Shown here piece after piece: positions 1 to 8,726 of a stretch of DNA of 64,000 bases. Position numbers and translations under genes: made by a program. Every line of letters starts with the position of its first letter. Within the stretch, counting starts at the first letter, position 1. Source of the DNA: Planctomycetota bacterium (GTDB lineage Bacteria; Planctomycetota; UBA8108; SXIK01); contig OZ244999.1 in assembly GCA_965223265.1 (NCBI GenBank), forward strand, positions 6,880,001-6,944,000, read 5' to 3'. The notes below the pieces were generated by a model. That model worked only from the letters and a program-made list of their open reading frames with translations. It searched no databases and was not told the DNA's origin.

Positions 1-280
1 CATCATGCTCGCCAGCCCGCTCTACATCGCCGGCAAGCAGGTCGGCATTGACCCAGTCCAGCTCGGCGTCGTCCTCGTCATGACCGCGCTCATCGGCACG
101 GTCAGTCCACCGGTGTCGATCCTGCTGTGCCTCAACTGCAGCATCGCGCGCATCCCGCTCAGCGCCACGTTCCGCGTCATCTGGTCCTACCTGGCGGTGA
201 TGCTGGCCGTCGTTGCGCTGTGCATCCTGTTTCCGCAGTTGGTGACCTGGTTGCCGGGGGTGTTTGACTCAGCACGCTGA
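1..280 (+). CDS. dctM: TRAP transporter large permease, C-terminal fragment (5' truncated by window edge)
   Basis: GIDPVQLGVVLV..IGTVSPPV and FPQLVTWLP match the typical DctM C-terminus (GIDPVHFG...IGLITPPVG...FPxLxxWLP). Confidence 0.85.
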   Translation, partial: IMLASPLYIAGKQVGIDPVQLGVVLVMTALIGTVSPPVSILLCLNCSIARIPLSATFRVIWSYLAVMLAVVALCILFPQLVTWLPGVFDSAR

Positions 281-284
281 GCCC

Positions 285-505
285 CAGCCTCCGTCTCTGA
301 CTCTGGCACCATTGTTGGCCCTGTGCGCTTCTGACTCGGAATCGGTTCTGGCTCGGTCTCTGTTTCTCAGTCCCTATATACGGATACAGAGACGGAATCA
401 GATATACAGATACAGATACAGATACGGGATACGGACACAGAGGCAGAAACAGATACGGATACAGAGGCGGAGTCAGAAGCAGAGTACTCGTACGCCCACG
501 CCCAC
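285..505 (+). repeat. Degenerate hexamer-periodic tract forming an imperfect long inverted repeat
   Basis: A pyrimidine-rich arm (TCTGAC/TCTGGC/TCTGTT) is followed by a purine-rich arm (GATACA/GAGGCA/GAAACA). GCTTCTGACTC 327-337 is the reverse complement of 470-480, and TCTGTTTCT 359-367 of 445-453. Confidence 0.7.
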
Positions 506-987
506 GCACTCGCACTCGCACTCGCTTGCGAGACCGGACGGCACACGGAGTGTGCCTGCTACTTTAGCAACGCACTCGCACTCGCACTCGCACTCGCTTG
601 CGAGACCGGACGGCACACGGAGTGTGCCTGCTACTTTAGCAACGCACTCGCACTCGCTTGCGAGACCGGACGGCACACGGAGTGTGCCTGCTACTTTAGC
701 AACGCACTCGCACTCGCACTCGCACTCGCACTCGCACTCGCACTCGCTTGCGAGACCGGACGGCACACGGAGTGTGCCTGCTACTTTAGCAACGCACTCG
801 CACTCGCACTCGCTTGCGAGACCGGACGGCACACGGAGTGTGCCTGCTACTTTAGCAACGCACTCGCACTCGCTTGCGAGACCGGACGGCACACGGAGTG
901 TGCCTGCTACTTTAGCAACGCACTCGCACTCGCTTGCGAGACCGGACGGCACACGGGGAGTGTGCCTGCTACTTTAGCAACGCACTC
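506..987. repeat. Tandem array of seven 48-bp REP-like units separated by (GCACTC)n microsatellite tracts
   Basis: Unit GCTTGCGAGACCGGACGGCACACGGAGTGTGCCTGCTACTTTAGCAAC at 524, 596, 656, 746, 812, 872 and 932; the last has a 2-bp GG insertion. GCACTC copy numbers are 3|4,2,7,3,2,2|1. Confidence 0.95.
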
Positions 988-1102
988 GCTCACCAGCCTC
1001 ACGTCTCGCTTCCCTACAGCGTGATGACTGGGACTGCCCGGGCGATCGCGGGCCGGGAGACTTGCGACTCGAGTGACCGCTCCGCGTCGTTCAGCCGATC
1101 GC

Positions 1103-2563
1103 TCAGGCGACCACCTCCTCAAGCACCTCACCGCCAATATCGGTCAGGCGTCGGAAGCGTCCCGCGTGCAGGTAGGTGAGCTTCTTGTCGTCGAGTCCGA
1201 GTAGGTGCAAGAGCGTGGCGTGAACGTCGCGCACGTGGATAAAACGGCCGACCGAGCGGACACCGAACTCGTCCGTCTGACCAACCGTCGTGCCGCCCTT
1301 GACGCGTCCGCCGGCCATCCACATCGTCAGCGCGTACGAGTTGTGCTCGCGGCCTGGTCGTTTGCCGAGCTCGCCGTTTTTGAACGGCGTCCGCCCCATT
1401 TCCGAAGCCCAGACGACCAGCGTCTTCTCGAACAGTCCACGTTGTTTCAGATCCTCAAGGAGCGCGCCGATCGGTTGATCGACCTCTGCGCAGTGGCGCG
1501 GCAAGCCGGCGGCGATATTGCCATGGTCGTCCCAGCTGTGGCGGCCAATCTGCACGCCGTGGACAAGCATGGTGAAACGCACGCCCTTTTCGACCAGGCG
1601 ACGCGCCAACAGACACTGGCGGCCAAAGCCGGCTGTATGCTCCTGATCGAGACCGTAGAGATTCCTGACATCCTGCGATTCACGCGAAATGTCGACCAAC
1701 TCCGGTGCCTCTGCCTGCATGCGGAATGCCAGCTCATAGGCGTGAATCCGCGCTTCCAGTTCCGTCGCACCCGAACGATCGGCCAGGTGCTTTTCGTTAA
1801 GGAACTTGAGCGCATCGAACTCGCGCCTTTGTTGCTCGCGTGTGATCCCTTCAGGTCGCTTGAGGTTGAGAATCGGGGTACCTACGGGACGCAGAAGCGT
1901 GCCTTGATACGCCGCCGGCAAGTAGCCATTACCCCAAACCGCCGCGCCGTTGACGGGTGCGCCACGCGGATCTTGGACCACAACATACCCAGGCATGTCC
2001 TGGTTCGGGCTGCCGAGACCATAGCTCACCCACGACCCCACGGACGCGCCGCCGGGGAACTGGTCTCCCGTCGTCACGTGCAGCGTCGACGGCCCGTGAT
2101 TCTGGTTGTCGGTCTTGATGCCATGGACGAACGCCAAATCATCAACGTGGCGTGCAATGTGTGGCACGAGCGACGACATGTAGCGACCGCACTTGCCATG
2201 GCGCGAGAACTCAAACGGACTGGCAAGGCAGCGGTGATCGAAAGCGAGCCGGCTCTCGAGCTCTCCCTTGACGTTCGGAACGCGCGGCAGCGGCTTGTTG
2301 TGCACTTTCGCGAGCGCCGGCTTGTACTCGAACGTATCCATGTGGCTGACGCCGCCGCCCATGAACATAAAGATGCAGTGTTCTGCGTGACCGAGAAGAT
2401 CCGGCTCGCGCAGTCTGAGCGGATTGGTCTCGCCACTCTCCGCTCCGAGCTCATCGGCGAGCATGCCCGCAAGGGCGAGCGCACCAAGGCCGTTCAGATT
2501 CCGGCAGAGGAAGTCCCTGCGCGTGGTGGTGGGTGCCGGTTCGCGATCGAATCGATTCTCCAT
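1103..2563 (-). CDS. DUF1501 domain protein (Tat-type signal)
   Basis: TTRRDFL twin-arginine-like N-terminus; FMGGGVSHMDTFEYKP, CLLARRLVEKGVRF, WDDH, SEMGRTP, GREHN and DVHATLLHLLGLD motifs. Confidence 0.9.
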   Translation of the reverse strand: MENRFDREPAPTTTRRDFLCRNLNGLGALALAGMLADELGAESGETNPLRLREPDLLGHAEHCIFMFMGGGVSHMDTFEYKPALAKVHNKPLPRVPNVKGELESRLAFDHRCLASPFEFSRHGKCGRYMSSLVPHIARHVDDLAFVHGIKTDNQNHGPSTLHVTTGDQFPGGASVGSWVSYGLGSPNQDMPGYVVVQDPRGAPVNGAAVWGNGYLPAAYQGTLLRPVGTPILNLKRPEGITREQQRREFDALKFLNEKHLADRSGATELEARIHAYELAFRMQAEAPELVDISRESQDVRNLYGLDQEHTAGFGRQCLLARRLVEKGVRFTMLVHGVQIGRHSWDDHGNIAAGLPRHCAEVDQPIGALLEDLKQRGLFEKTLVVWASEMGRTPFKNGELGKRPGREHNSYALTMWMAGGRVKGGTTVGQTDEFGVRSVGRFIHVRDVHATLLHLLGLDDKKLTYLHAGRFRRLTDIGGEVLEEVVA

Positions 2564-2634
2564 GGCTCTTCTTCAAGTTGGCGTCTGCGGCGAATTCCCG
2601 CGAGAATCCGCGAAAACAAAGTGTCGCCTCAGTT

Positions 2635-4833
2635 TCAATCGATATAGACAAACTCGTTCAGATTGAAGAGAACACGACATACGGCAACGAGCCCGTCGTC
2701 TGGGGCGCTGGACTCTTGCACCAAGTCGAGACAGTGGGCCATCTCGTCGTCGCCCGGGGTTCTCCCGAGAGCGAGACGAAACGCGTGTGTGATTTGCTCG
2801 CGCACCTCGTCGCCCGTCTCCTTTCGCACGCGTGCAGCGAAGTGCCGCGCCTCGGTGTTGGCAAGCTCACCATTGTAGAGCTCCAGCGACTGCAGCGCTG
2901 TCACCGACACGCGACGCGTCGACCGGGACGTATCGCACACGAGTGCATCGAACGAGTCCAAAAACGGCATGTTGAGCGTCCGCTGCTGGTAGATGTAGAT
3001 GCTGCGTCGACGCGCTTCAGCGCCAGTGGTCGTGTCCCACTTGCTGCGGCTGTACTTGACCTCTTCGTCGAGGTTCCCAGGCAGCGGCGGAAAAATCGGC
3101 AGTCCGAACTGCTCGGGATTGAGCCTGCCGCTCACCGTCAAAATCGCATCCCGAATAGCCTCCGCCTCAAGGCGCTGGCGCGGGAAACGCCAAAGAAGCT
3201 TATTTTCGGGATCGAGCTCCTGCTCCGCGCGCTCGTTGACATGTCGTGACGTCTGCCGATAGGTACTCGAGTTCACCATGAGACGGTGCATCGATTTGAT
3301 GCTCCACTGCGCGTCGACGAACTCGCGCGCCAGCCAATCCAAAAGATCAGGATGCGTCGGCGGCGCGCCGAGCTCCCCGAAGTCGCTCGGCGTGGCGACG
3401 ATGCCGCGGCCGAAGTGATGGTGCCAAAGACGGTTCACCATCACCCGCGCCGTGAGCGGGTGATCAGGGCGCGTGATCCAGTCCGCTAACACCTTGCGGC
3501 GCCCACGCGTCGGCCAACGCTGGAACGGATCGATCGGTATCTTCGCCGGTGTTTGGTTCCCTGTGATGGCACTCAAAAAGCCAGGCCGAACGACCTCGCC
3601 GAGGTGGTTGAATTCGCCGCGCACCATGACATAAGACGTCGGCACACCAGGCTCGTAGGGCGGACCGAACGAGTGACGCAGCGACAGCGCGACCGGTTGC
3701 AGGCGCTTGATGCGCTGGCGGATGAGGTGCGGCTGGTTGTCCAGCTCGCGATAGAGTTCCCGCTCTTCGGCGCTCAGCGCTGAGTCGGTCTCGTCGCGGA
3801 TCGCCTTCTTGACGTCGTCGACAGACACGGGGTCCGCAGCTCCGCGCACCTCGGTCAGCTTACGCTGCAAACGCGCGACGTAGGCATCGAGAGCCTTCTT
3901 CGCTCCCTCGAGTTCACCCTCGTATTCGGTCCTCTTCTTTTCAGCCCACTCCGACTCACCCGGACGGTAGAACTCCGCGGGTTGAGGACCACCGATCTGG
4001 TAGATATCGCCGTGCTCAGGAGGGGTGATCTGAATCGTGTCGAAGAAGGCCTTCATGCGATAGAAGTCCTTCGTCGGGATGGCGTCGTACTTGTGATCGT
4101 GGCACTTGGCGCAGCCGATCGTCAGCCCCAGGAACACCGAACCGACCGTGGATGTCATCTCGCTGAGCATCTCGTGGCGCGTCTCGTCGCCCCGCGGCTC
4201 GGTGAACGGCGCCAAACGCAGAAAGGTCATAGCGACGACATACTCAGGCTTCGGCACCGGGAGCGATCCGGCGCCCATGATCTGCTTGAGCTCATCGCCG
4301 GCGAGCTGCTCACGGACGAACTGGTCGTACGGCTTGTCGCTGTTGAACGCGTCGATGACGTAGTCGCGGTAACGCCACGCGTTCGGTAGGTCAGGATCAC
4401 CTTCGTACCCGGCCGTGTCAGCATAGCGCGCCAAGTCGAGCCAAAAGCGAGCCCACCGCTCGCCGTATCGCGAGTCATCGAGCAGTTTGTCGACGAGGGC
4501 GTCATACGCCTTCGCGTCCTCCGACTCCACGAACGCGTCGACTTCCTCTGGCGTCGGCGGCAAACCGATGAGGTCAAAATAGAGTCTTCGGACGAGATCG
4601 CGTTTCGAAGCTTCCGGGGCGGGAAGCAGCGACGCTTCCTCCAATCGCTTGAGGACAAAGCGATCGATGTCGTTGCGTGCCCAATCCGCTCCCTTCACCG
4701 TGGGAGGGTCTATGCGCTCAGGAGGCGTCAGATGCCACGGGCGGGCAGCCTTCGCGGCCGCCGGAGCGCCGAGCAGCGTGCCGCCGCACCAAAGGAGCGT
4801 TGCACAGAGAATTGCTGCGAAATGACCACGCAT
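2635..4833 (-). CDS. DUF1549/DUF1553 (PSCyt2/PSD1) planctomycete domain protein with CxxCH motif
   Basis: YGERWARFWLDLARYADT, AWRYRDYVIDAFNSDKPYD, CAKCHDHKYD, PLTARVMVNRLWHHHFGRG and RLEAEAIRDAIL motifs. Start set at MRGHF (signal peptide); the ORF extends to 4905. Confidence 0.9.
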   Translation of the reverse strand: MRGHFAAILCATLLWCGGTLLGAPAAAKAARPWHLTPPERIDPPTVKGADWARNDIDRFVLKRLEEASLLPAPEASKRDLVRRLYFDLIGLPPTPEEVDAFVESEDAKAYDALVDKLLDDSRYGERWARFWLDLARYADTAGYEGDPDLPNAWRYRDYVIDAFNSDKPYDQFVREQLAGDELKQIMGAGSLPVPKPEYVVAMTFLRLAPFTEPRGDETRHEMLSEMTSTVGSVFLGLTIGCAKCHDHKYDAIPTKDFYRMKAFFDTIQITPPEHGDIYQIGGPQPAEFYRPGESEWAEKKRTEYEGELEGAKKALDAYVARLQRKLTEVRGAADPVSVDDVKKAIRDETDSALSAEERELYRELDNQPHLIRQRIKRLQPVALSLRHSFGPPYEPGVPTSYVMVRGEFNHLGEVVRPGFLSAITGNQTPAKIPIDPFQRWPTRGRRKVLADWITRPDHPLTARVMVNRLWHHHFGRGIVATPSDFGELGAPPTHPDLLDWLAREFVDAQWSIKSMHRLMVNSSTYRQTSRHVNERAEQELDPENKLLWRFPRQRLEAEAIRDAILTVSGRLNPEQFGLPIFPPLPGNLDEEVKYSRSKWDTTTGAEARRRSIYIYQQRTLNMPFLDSFDALVCDTSRSTRRVSVTALQSLELYNGELANTEARHFAARVRKETGDEVREQITHAFRLALGRTPGDDEMAHCLDLVQESSAPDDGLVAVCRVLFNLNEFVYID

Positions 4834-4986
4834 ACGTTCTGCTAACCAACCTTTTTTCGTACGACCGATTCCCCTAAAATCCGGGGATACAAAACACCGT
4901 GCCATTTTAAGGTACAGCGCCAGAACGAGTCAAAGCGTTTGGCGCCTCACCTCCGCCTCGACAGCGCCAGAATCGGAGCTTGGATC

Positions 4987-7128
4987 GTGCAGTCATCTTT
5001 CCCCAGTGTGATCGTTTGCGCGCTCGGCGTCCTGAGCCTCTGGCCGCAGCCCGTGGCATCGCAGACCGGCGGTAGCGCCGAGGCGACTGAGGGCGCCCCG
5101 GGACAAGGTCTCGTTTCTGATTATCTACATCGAGAAGCAGAGAGCCTCGCGGCGGCGTGCCTCAGCGATGTGCGGTCGATGGAAGAGTGGACCGAGCGGC
5201 GCGTCCGCTACCGCGACGAGCTCTTCGAGATGCTCGGGCTTGCTCCGCGCCCTGAGCGCACACCGCTGCGCGCCGAGATCACCGGTCGACTTGAGCGCAG
5301 TGATTTCAGAGTTGAGAAGCTACACTTCCAGTCACTCCCCGGGCTCTACGTCACCGGCAACCTCTACCTGCCGCGCGGCGAAGTCGAAGCAGCCCCGGCG
5401 ATTCTCTACGTCTGCGGTCACGGCCGCGTCAAGAAAGGCGACGTCAGTTACGGCAACAAGGCGCATTATCAACACCACGGCGCTTGGTTCGCTCGCCACG
5501 GCTACGTCTGCCTGATGATCGACACGCTGCAGCTCGGCGAGATCGAAGGCACCCACCACGGCACGTATCGCTATGGCATGTGGTGGTGGAACGCGCGTGG
5601 CTACACGCCGGCTGGGGTCGAGGCGTGGAACTCGATTCGAGCACTCGACTACCTCACGTCGCGCCCCGAAGTCGACGCTGAGCGCATCGGCGTGACCGGC
5701 CGCTCAGGAGGCGGAGCGTACAGCTGGTGGGTGGCGGCCCTCGACGATCGCATCAAAGTGGCGGTGCCCGTGGCAGGCATCACAAGCCTCAAGAACCATG
5801 TCATCGACGGCTGCGTCGAAGGACACTGCGACTGCATGTACATGGTCAACACCTACCGCTGGGACTACGCCCAAGTTGCCGCCCTGGTTGCGCCACGGCC
5901 ACTTTTGATCTCCAACAGCGACAAGGATGGCATCTTCCCACTCGACGGCGTCGTCGATATCTACAACCAGGTCCGCGGGATTTACGAACTGCACGACAAG
6001 CTCGACCACATCGGACTTCAGATCACGGAAGGCCCTCACAAGGACACACAAGAGCTGCGCATCCACGCTTTTCGTTGGTTCAACCGCTTCCTCAAGGAAA
6101 CCGACGAGCTGATTGAGAAGCCGGCGATTAAGTTTTTCGAGCCCGAGTCGCTCAAGGTGTTCGACTCCCTGCCGGAAGACTCGATCAACGCGGAGGCGCA
6201 CGAGACGTTCACGCCGCGCGCCGAAACACCGGCACCGCCACCGTCGGCGGCTGCCTGGGAGATCCAGCGCGATCGTTGGTTGGCAGCGCTGCGGTCGAAG
6301 TGTTTTGCAGGCTGGCCCACAGACGGTGCGACCGGGAACGACAGTCACCTACCGCTGCGCCTCGAGAACGTCTCGTCGGACGTGCGCGAGGGAATCGCGC
6401 TCGACACCTACGACTTTGAAAGCCAGAGCCGCGTGCGATTGCGGCTCTACACCCTCCGCAGCGACGAAGTTGCAGCCGAGGAGCTCGACCTCGTCGTCCT
6501 CAACGCGCTCGACGACGCCGGCTGGAACGAGTTCGCCGCGATGATGAGCGCCGGTTTCCCGGGCACGCTCGGTGCCGCGGAAACGCCGCAGCCCGACGCC
6601 GAAGCGTTCACCGCCAACGCCCGCATGTTGAAATCGTTTAAATGGGGCATGGCCTACGTCGCGCCTCGCGGCGTCGGACCGACGGCGTGGAATCCTGATG
6701 AACGCAACCAAACACACATCCGCCGACGCTTCATGCTGCTGGGACAGACTCTCGACTCGATGCGCGTCTGGGATCTACGCCGCGGAGTGCAGGCACTGCG
6801 CCGCGTCGAGGGATTCGCGCGCGTGCCGCTGTGGCTCCAAGCGGAGAGGCAGATGGCCGGGGCCGCGCTCTACGCGTCGCTTTTCGAACCGCGCATCGCC
6901 CGTCTCGACCTTCACGAGCTGCCGCGTTCCCACCGCGACGGCCCAATCTTTCTGAACGTCCTGCGGATTCTCGACGTTCCCCAAGCCGTCGCGCTCGCCG
7001 CCGAGCGTTCGCGCGTTCGGATCTACCAAACCGGCGCCGGTGGTTGGGAGTATCCCTTGGCTGTCGCCGCAAGGCTCGGTTGGGACGAGAAGAGGCTGCA
7101 GGTCCGGGAACCAGCTCCTGGCGAGTAG
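4987..7128 (+). CDS. Exported alpha/beta hydrolase (acetylxylan esterase/CE7-like or S9-like) with tandem hydrolase domains
   Basis: Signal peptide; RALDYLTSRPEVDAERIGVTGRSGGG nucleophile elbow; ALVAPRPLLI; a second degenerate domain (LGQTLDSMRVWD). GTG start follows GGAG; the ORF extends to 4939. Confidence 0.8.
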   Translation: MQSSFPSVIVCALGVLSLWPQPVASQTGGSAEATEGAPGQGLVSDYLHREAESLAAACLSDVRSMEEWTERRVRYRDELFEMLGLAPRPERTPLRAEITGRLERSDFRVEKLHFQSLPGLYVTGNLYLPRGEVEAAPAILYVCGHGRVKKGDVSYGNKAHYQHHGAWFARHGYVCLMIDTLQLGEIEGTHHGTYRYGMWWWNARGYTPAGVEAWNSIRALDYLTSRPEVDAERIGVTGRSGGGAYSWWVAALDDRIKVAVPVAGITSLKNHVIDGCVEGHCDCMYMVNTYRWDYAQVAALVAPRPLLISNSDKDGIFPLDGVVDIYNQVRGIYELHDKLDHIGLQITEGPHKDTQELRIHAFRWFNRFLKETDELIEKPAIKFFEPESLKVFDSLPEDSINAEAHETFTPRAETPAPPPSAAAWEIQRDRWLAALRSKCFAGWPTDGATGNDSHLPLRLENVSSDVREGIALDTYDFESQSRVRLRLYTLRSDEVAAEELDLVVLNALDDAGWNEFAAMMSAGFPGTLGAAETPQPDAEAFTANARMLKSFKWGMAYVAPRGVGPTAWNPDERNQTHIRRRFMLLGQTLDSMRVWDLRRGVQALRRVEGFARVPLWLQAERQMAGAALYASLFEPRIARLDLHELPRSHRDGPIFLNVLRILDVPQAVALAAERSRVRIYQTGAGGWEYPLAVAARLGWDEKRLQVREPAPGE

Positions 7129-7208
7129 CGATCTCTTCGTTCGCCCACTCGCCCATCTGGGCCGGCGGTTTTGCCGAGCGCTAGATCCTGAGTGCCACGA
7201 GGCGCCCG

Positions 7209-8546
7209 TCAACCAACGAGAGGCGTGAGCGCTTTGTGCACTTCCTTGATCGCTGTCCAGGCGCCGATCACCGACAGTGCGAAAAGGATCGCCATGACGA
7301 GGTTGTCCCACCAGCGATTGCGATACTCTCGACCGATGTAACGACTGGAACTCGTGATCCACCAAAGCCCGCCGGCGAGAAACGGGATGATGACGACCTG
7401 GGCGCCTTGAGACAGGAGGGTGAGCGTGACGAAGTCGGCGCCTTTCGGAAATGACCAAACGAGTGAGGTGATGAGACACCAGTAAACGATCGTCGGATGG
7501 AGCGGGTGCTTGTGATACGAAGGAAGCTCAACTCCTGCGCCATGCTTCCAGCGGAGAAACGCATGACTGCCAAGCGCAGCGAGGCCAAGCGCATGGCCAA
7601 CGAGTGACGTGTAGACCGCCGCGAAAATGCCGCAGTAAAAGAGGATCCGCCCGCCGTTACCAAGCACCTCGCTGAGGAGGGCCGGCAGATCGTCGAGGCC
7701 GTTGATCGTCAGCCCCCTGGGATGCAAGATCTGCGCGCCGAGCACCCAAACCGAAAGGTTCAGGATAATCATGACGACAATCGCGAGTAAAAAATCGTAG
7801 GTCTGCAGACGTCGGTACCGTGGTCCACGCCACCCCTTGGCCTCGAGGAAGTACGGGTAAACGAGATTCATGAGCGAACCGCCGACGGCGCCAATCATGC
7901 CGACGGCGACGAGGAGCGGGCCAAATCGGCCTTTTTCAGGCGGCACTTCGAGGTTGATCAGCCCGCGCAGGATTCCACTGACGTCCGGCTTGACCCAAAT
8001 TGCGCAGCCGAGAAAAGAGATCGCCAGGACCGCCAGCAGGAGCTTGAACACCCACTCGATGCCGGTGTAAACCGACTTCAGCACGATGATGAGTGTCAAG
8101 GCATTCCAGAAGATCGCCCACATCCACACTTCACCGATCCCGATCACGTTGACGCAGATCTCACCGAGGCCGCGGGTCATGTAGGCGCAGTAAACGTGGC
8201 CAAAGACGAACACTGCGATGCAGATGAGCGGTGGATAGAAACGGCTCAATCGCGCCAATCCATCCAACACTCCCTCGCCGTGCTGATTGCACAACTGGTA
8301 GCGAGCGATCAGCGAGACAAACAAAAAACGCATGGCGATGGCCACAACAACCACCCACATGAGCGAATAGCCAAAGTCGGCCCCGGCCACACCAATGTCG
8401 ACTATGTCGCCCGCACCGAGCCAGGTCAGTACGACGACCAAACCAGGCCCGAAAGAACGGAGATACTCGAAGAAAGTACTCGGCAACGCGGCGCCGCCGC
8501 CGGTCGCTTGAGCGGCGCTACGCTCTGAATCGGATTCCGAGCTCAT
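7209..8546 (-). CDS. Nramp-related (APC superfamily) secondary transporter
   Basis: About 11 hydrophobic segments; GPGLVVVLTWLGAGD, GADFGYSLMW and IGAVGG motifs. Lacks the canonical DPGN. Confidence 0.75.
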   Translation of the reverse strand: MSSESDSERSAAQATGGGAALPSTFFEYLRSFGPGLVVVLTWLGAGDIVDIGVAGADFGYSLMWVVVVAIAMRFLFVSLIARYQLCNQHGEGVLDGLARLSRFYPPLICIAVFVFGHVYCAYMTRGLGEICVNVIGIGEVWMWAIFWNALTLIIVLKSVYTGIEWVFKLLLAVLAISFLGCAIWVKPDVSGILRGLINLEVPPEKGRFGPLLVAVGMIGAVGGSLMNLVYPYFLEAKGWRGPRYRRLQTYDFLLAIVVMIILNLSVWVLGAQILHPRGLTINGLDDLPALLSEVLGNGGRILFYCGIFAAVYTSLVGHALGLAALGSHAFLRWKHGAGVELPSYHKHPLHPTIVYWCLITSLVWSFPKGADFVTLTLLSQGAQVVIIPFLAGGLWWITSSSRYIGREYRNRWWDNLVMAILFALSVIGAWTAIKEVHKALTPLVG

Positions 8547-8726
8547 GTTCTCAACTCGCCGAGGTGGAAAGGAGTGAGCGACGGTGCAGACGAGCCGCTG
8601 GATTCATGAGAGGACCCTTTCTGGTATGCTGAGCGTCCGCGCCGAGAAAAAGTGAGGCGATTCGAAAGCGCAGCCGCGATCAAGGCGTCCCCGCGAGAAT
8701 TCACGCGGGTCTACCACAGGACGAAC

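Noticed and set aside
264-977. His/Ser-repeat ORF (237 aa) and the antisense ECEC ORF 473-952
   Set aside because: They are open only because the repeat units are multiples of 3 and lack stops. There is no RBS or domain, and the frame is shifted by the 2-bp insertion in the last unit.
506-987. CRISPR array
   Set aside because: The spacers are only GCACTC multiples of 12-42 bp, not unique sequences, and there are no cas genes or AT-rich leader in the window.
1205-2647. Long antisense ORFs (also 12108-13070, 30797-32116, 32123-33082, 35752-36879, 49125-50054)
   Set aside because: These are shadow frames opposite well-supported genes in GC-rich DNA, with no recognisable motifs.
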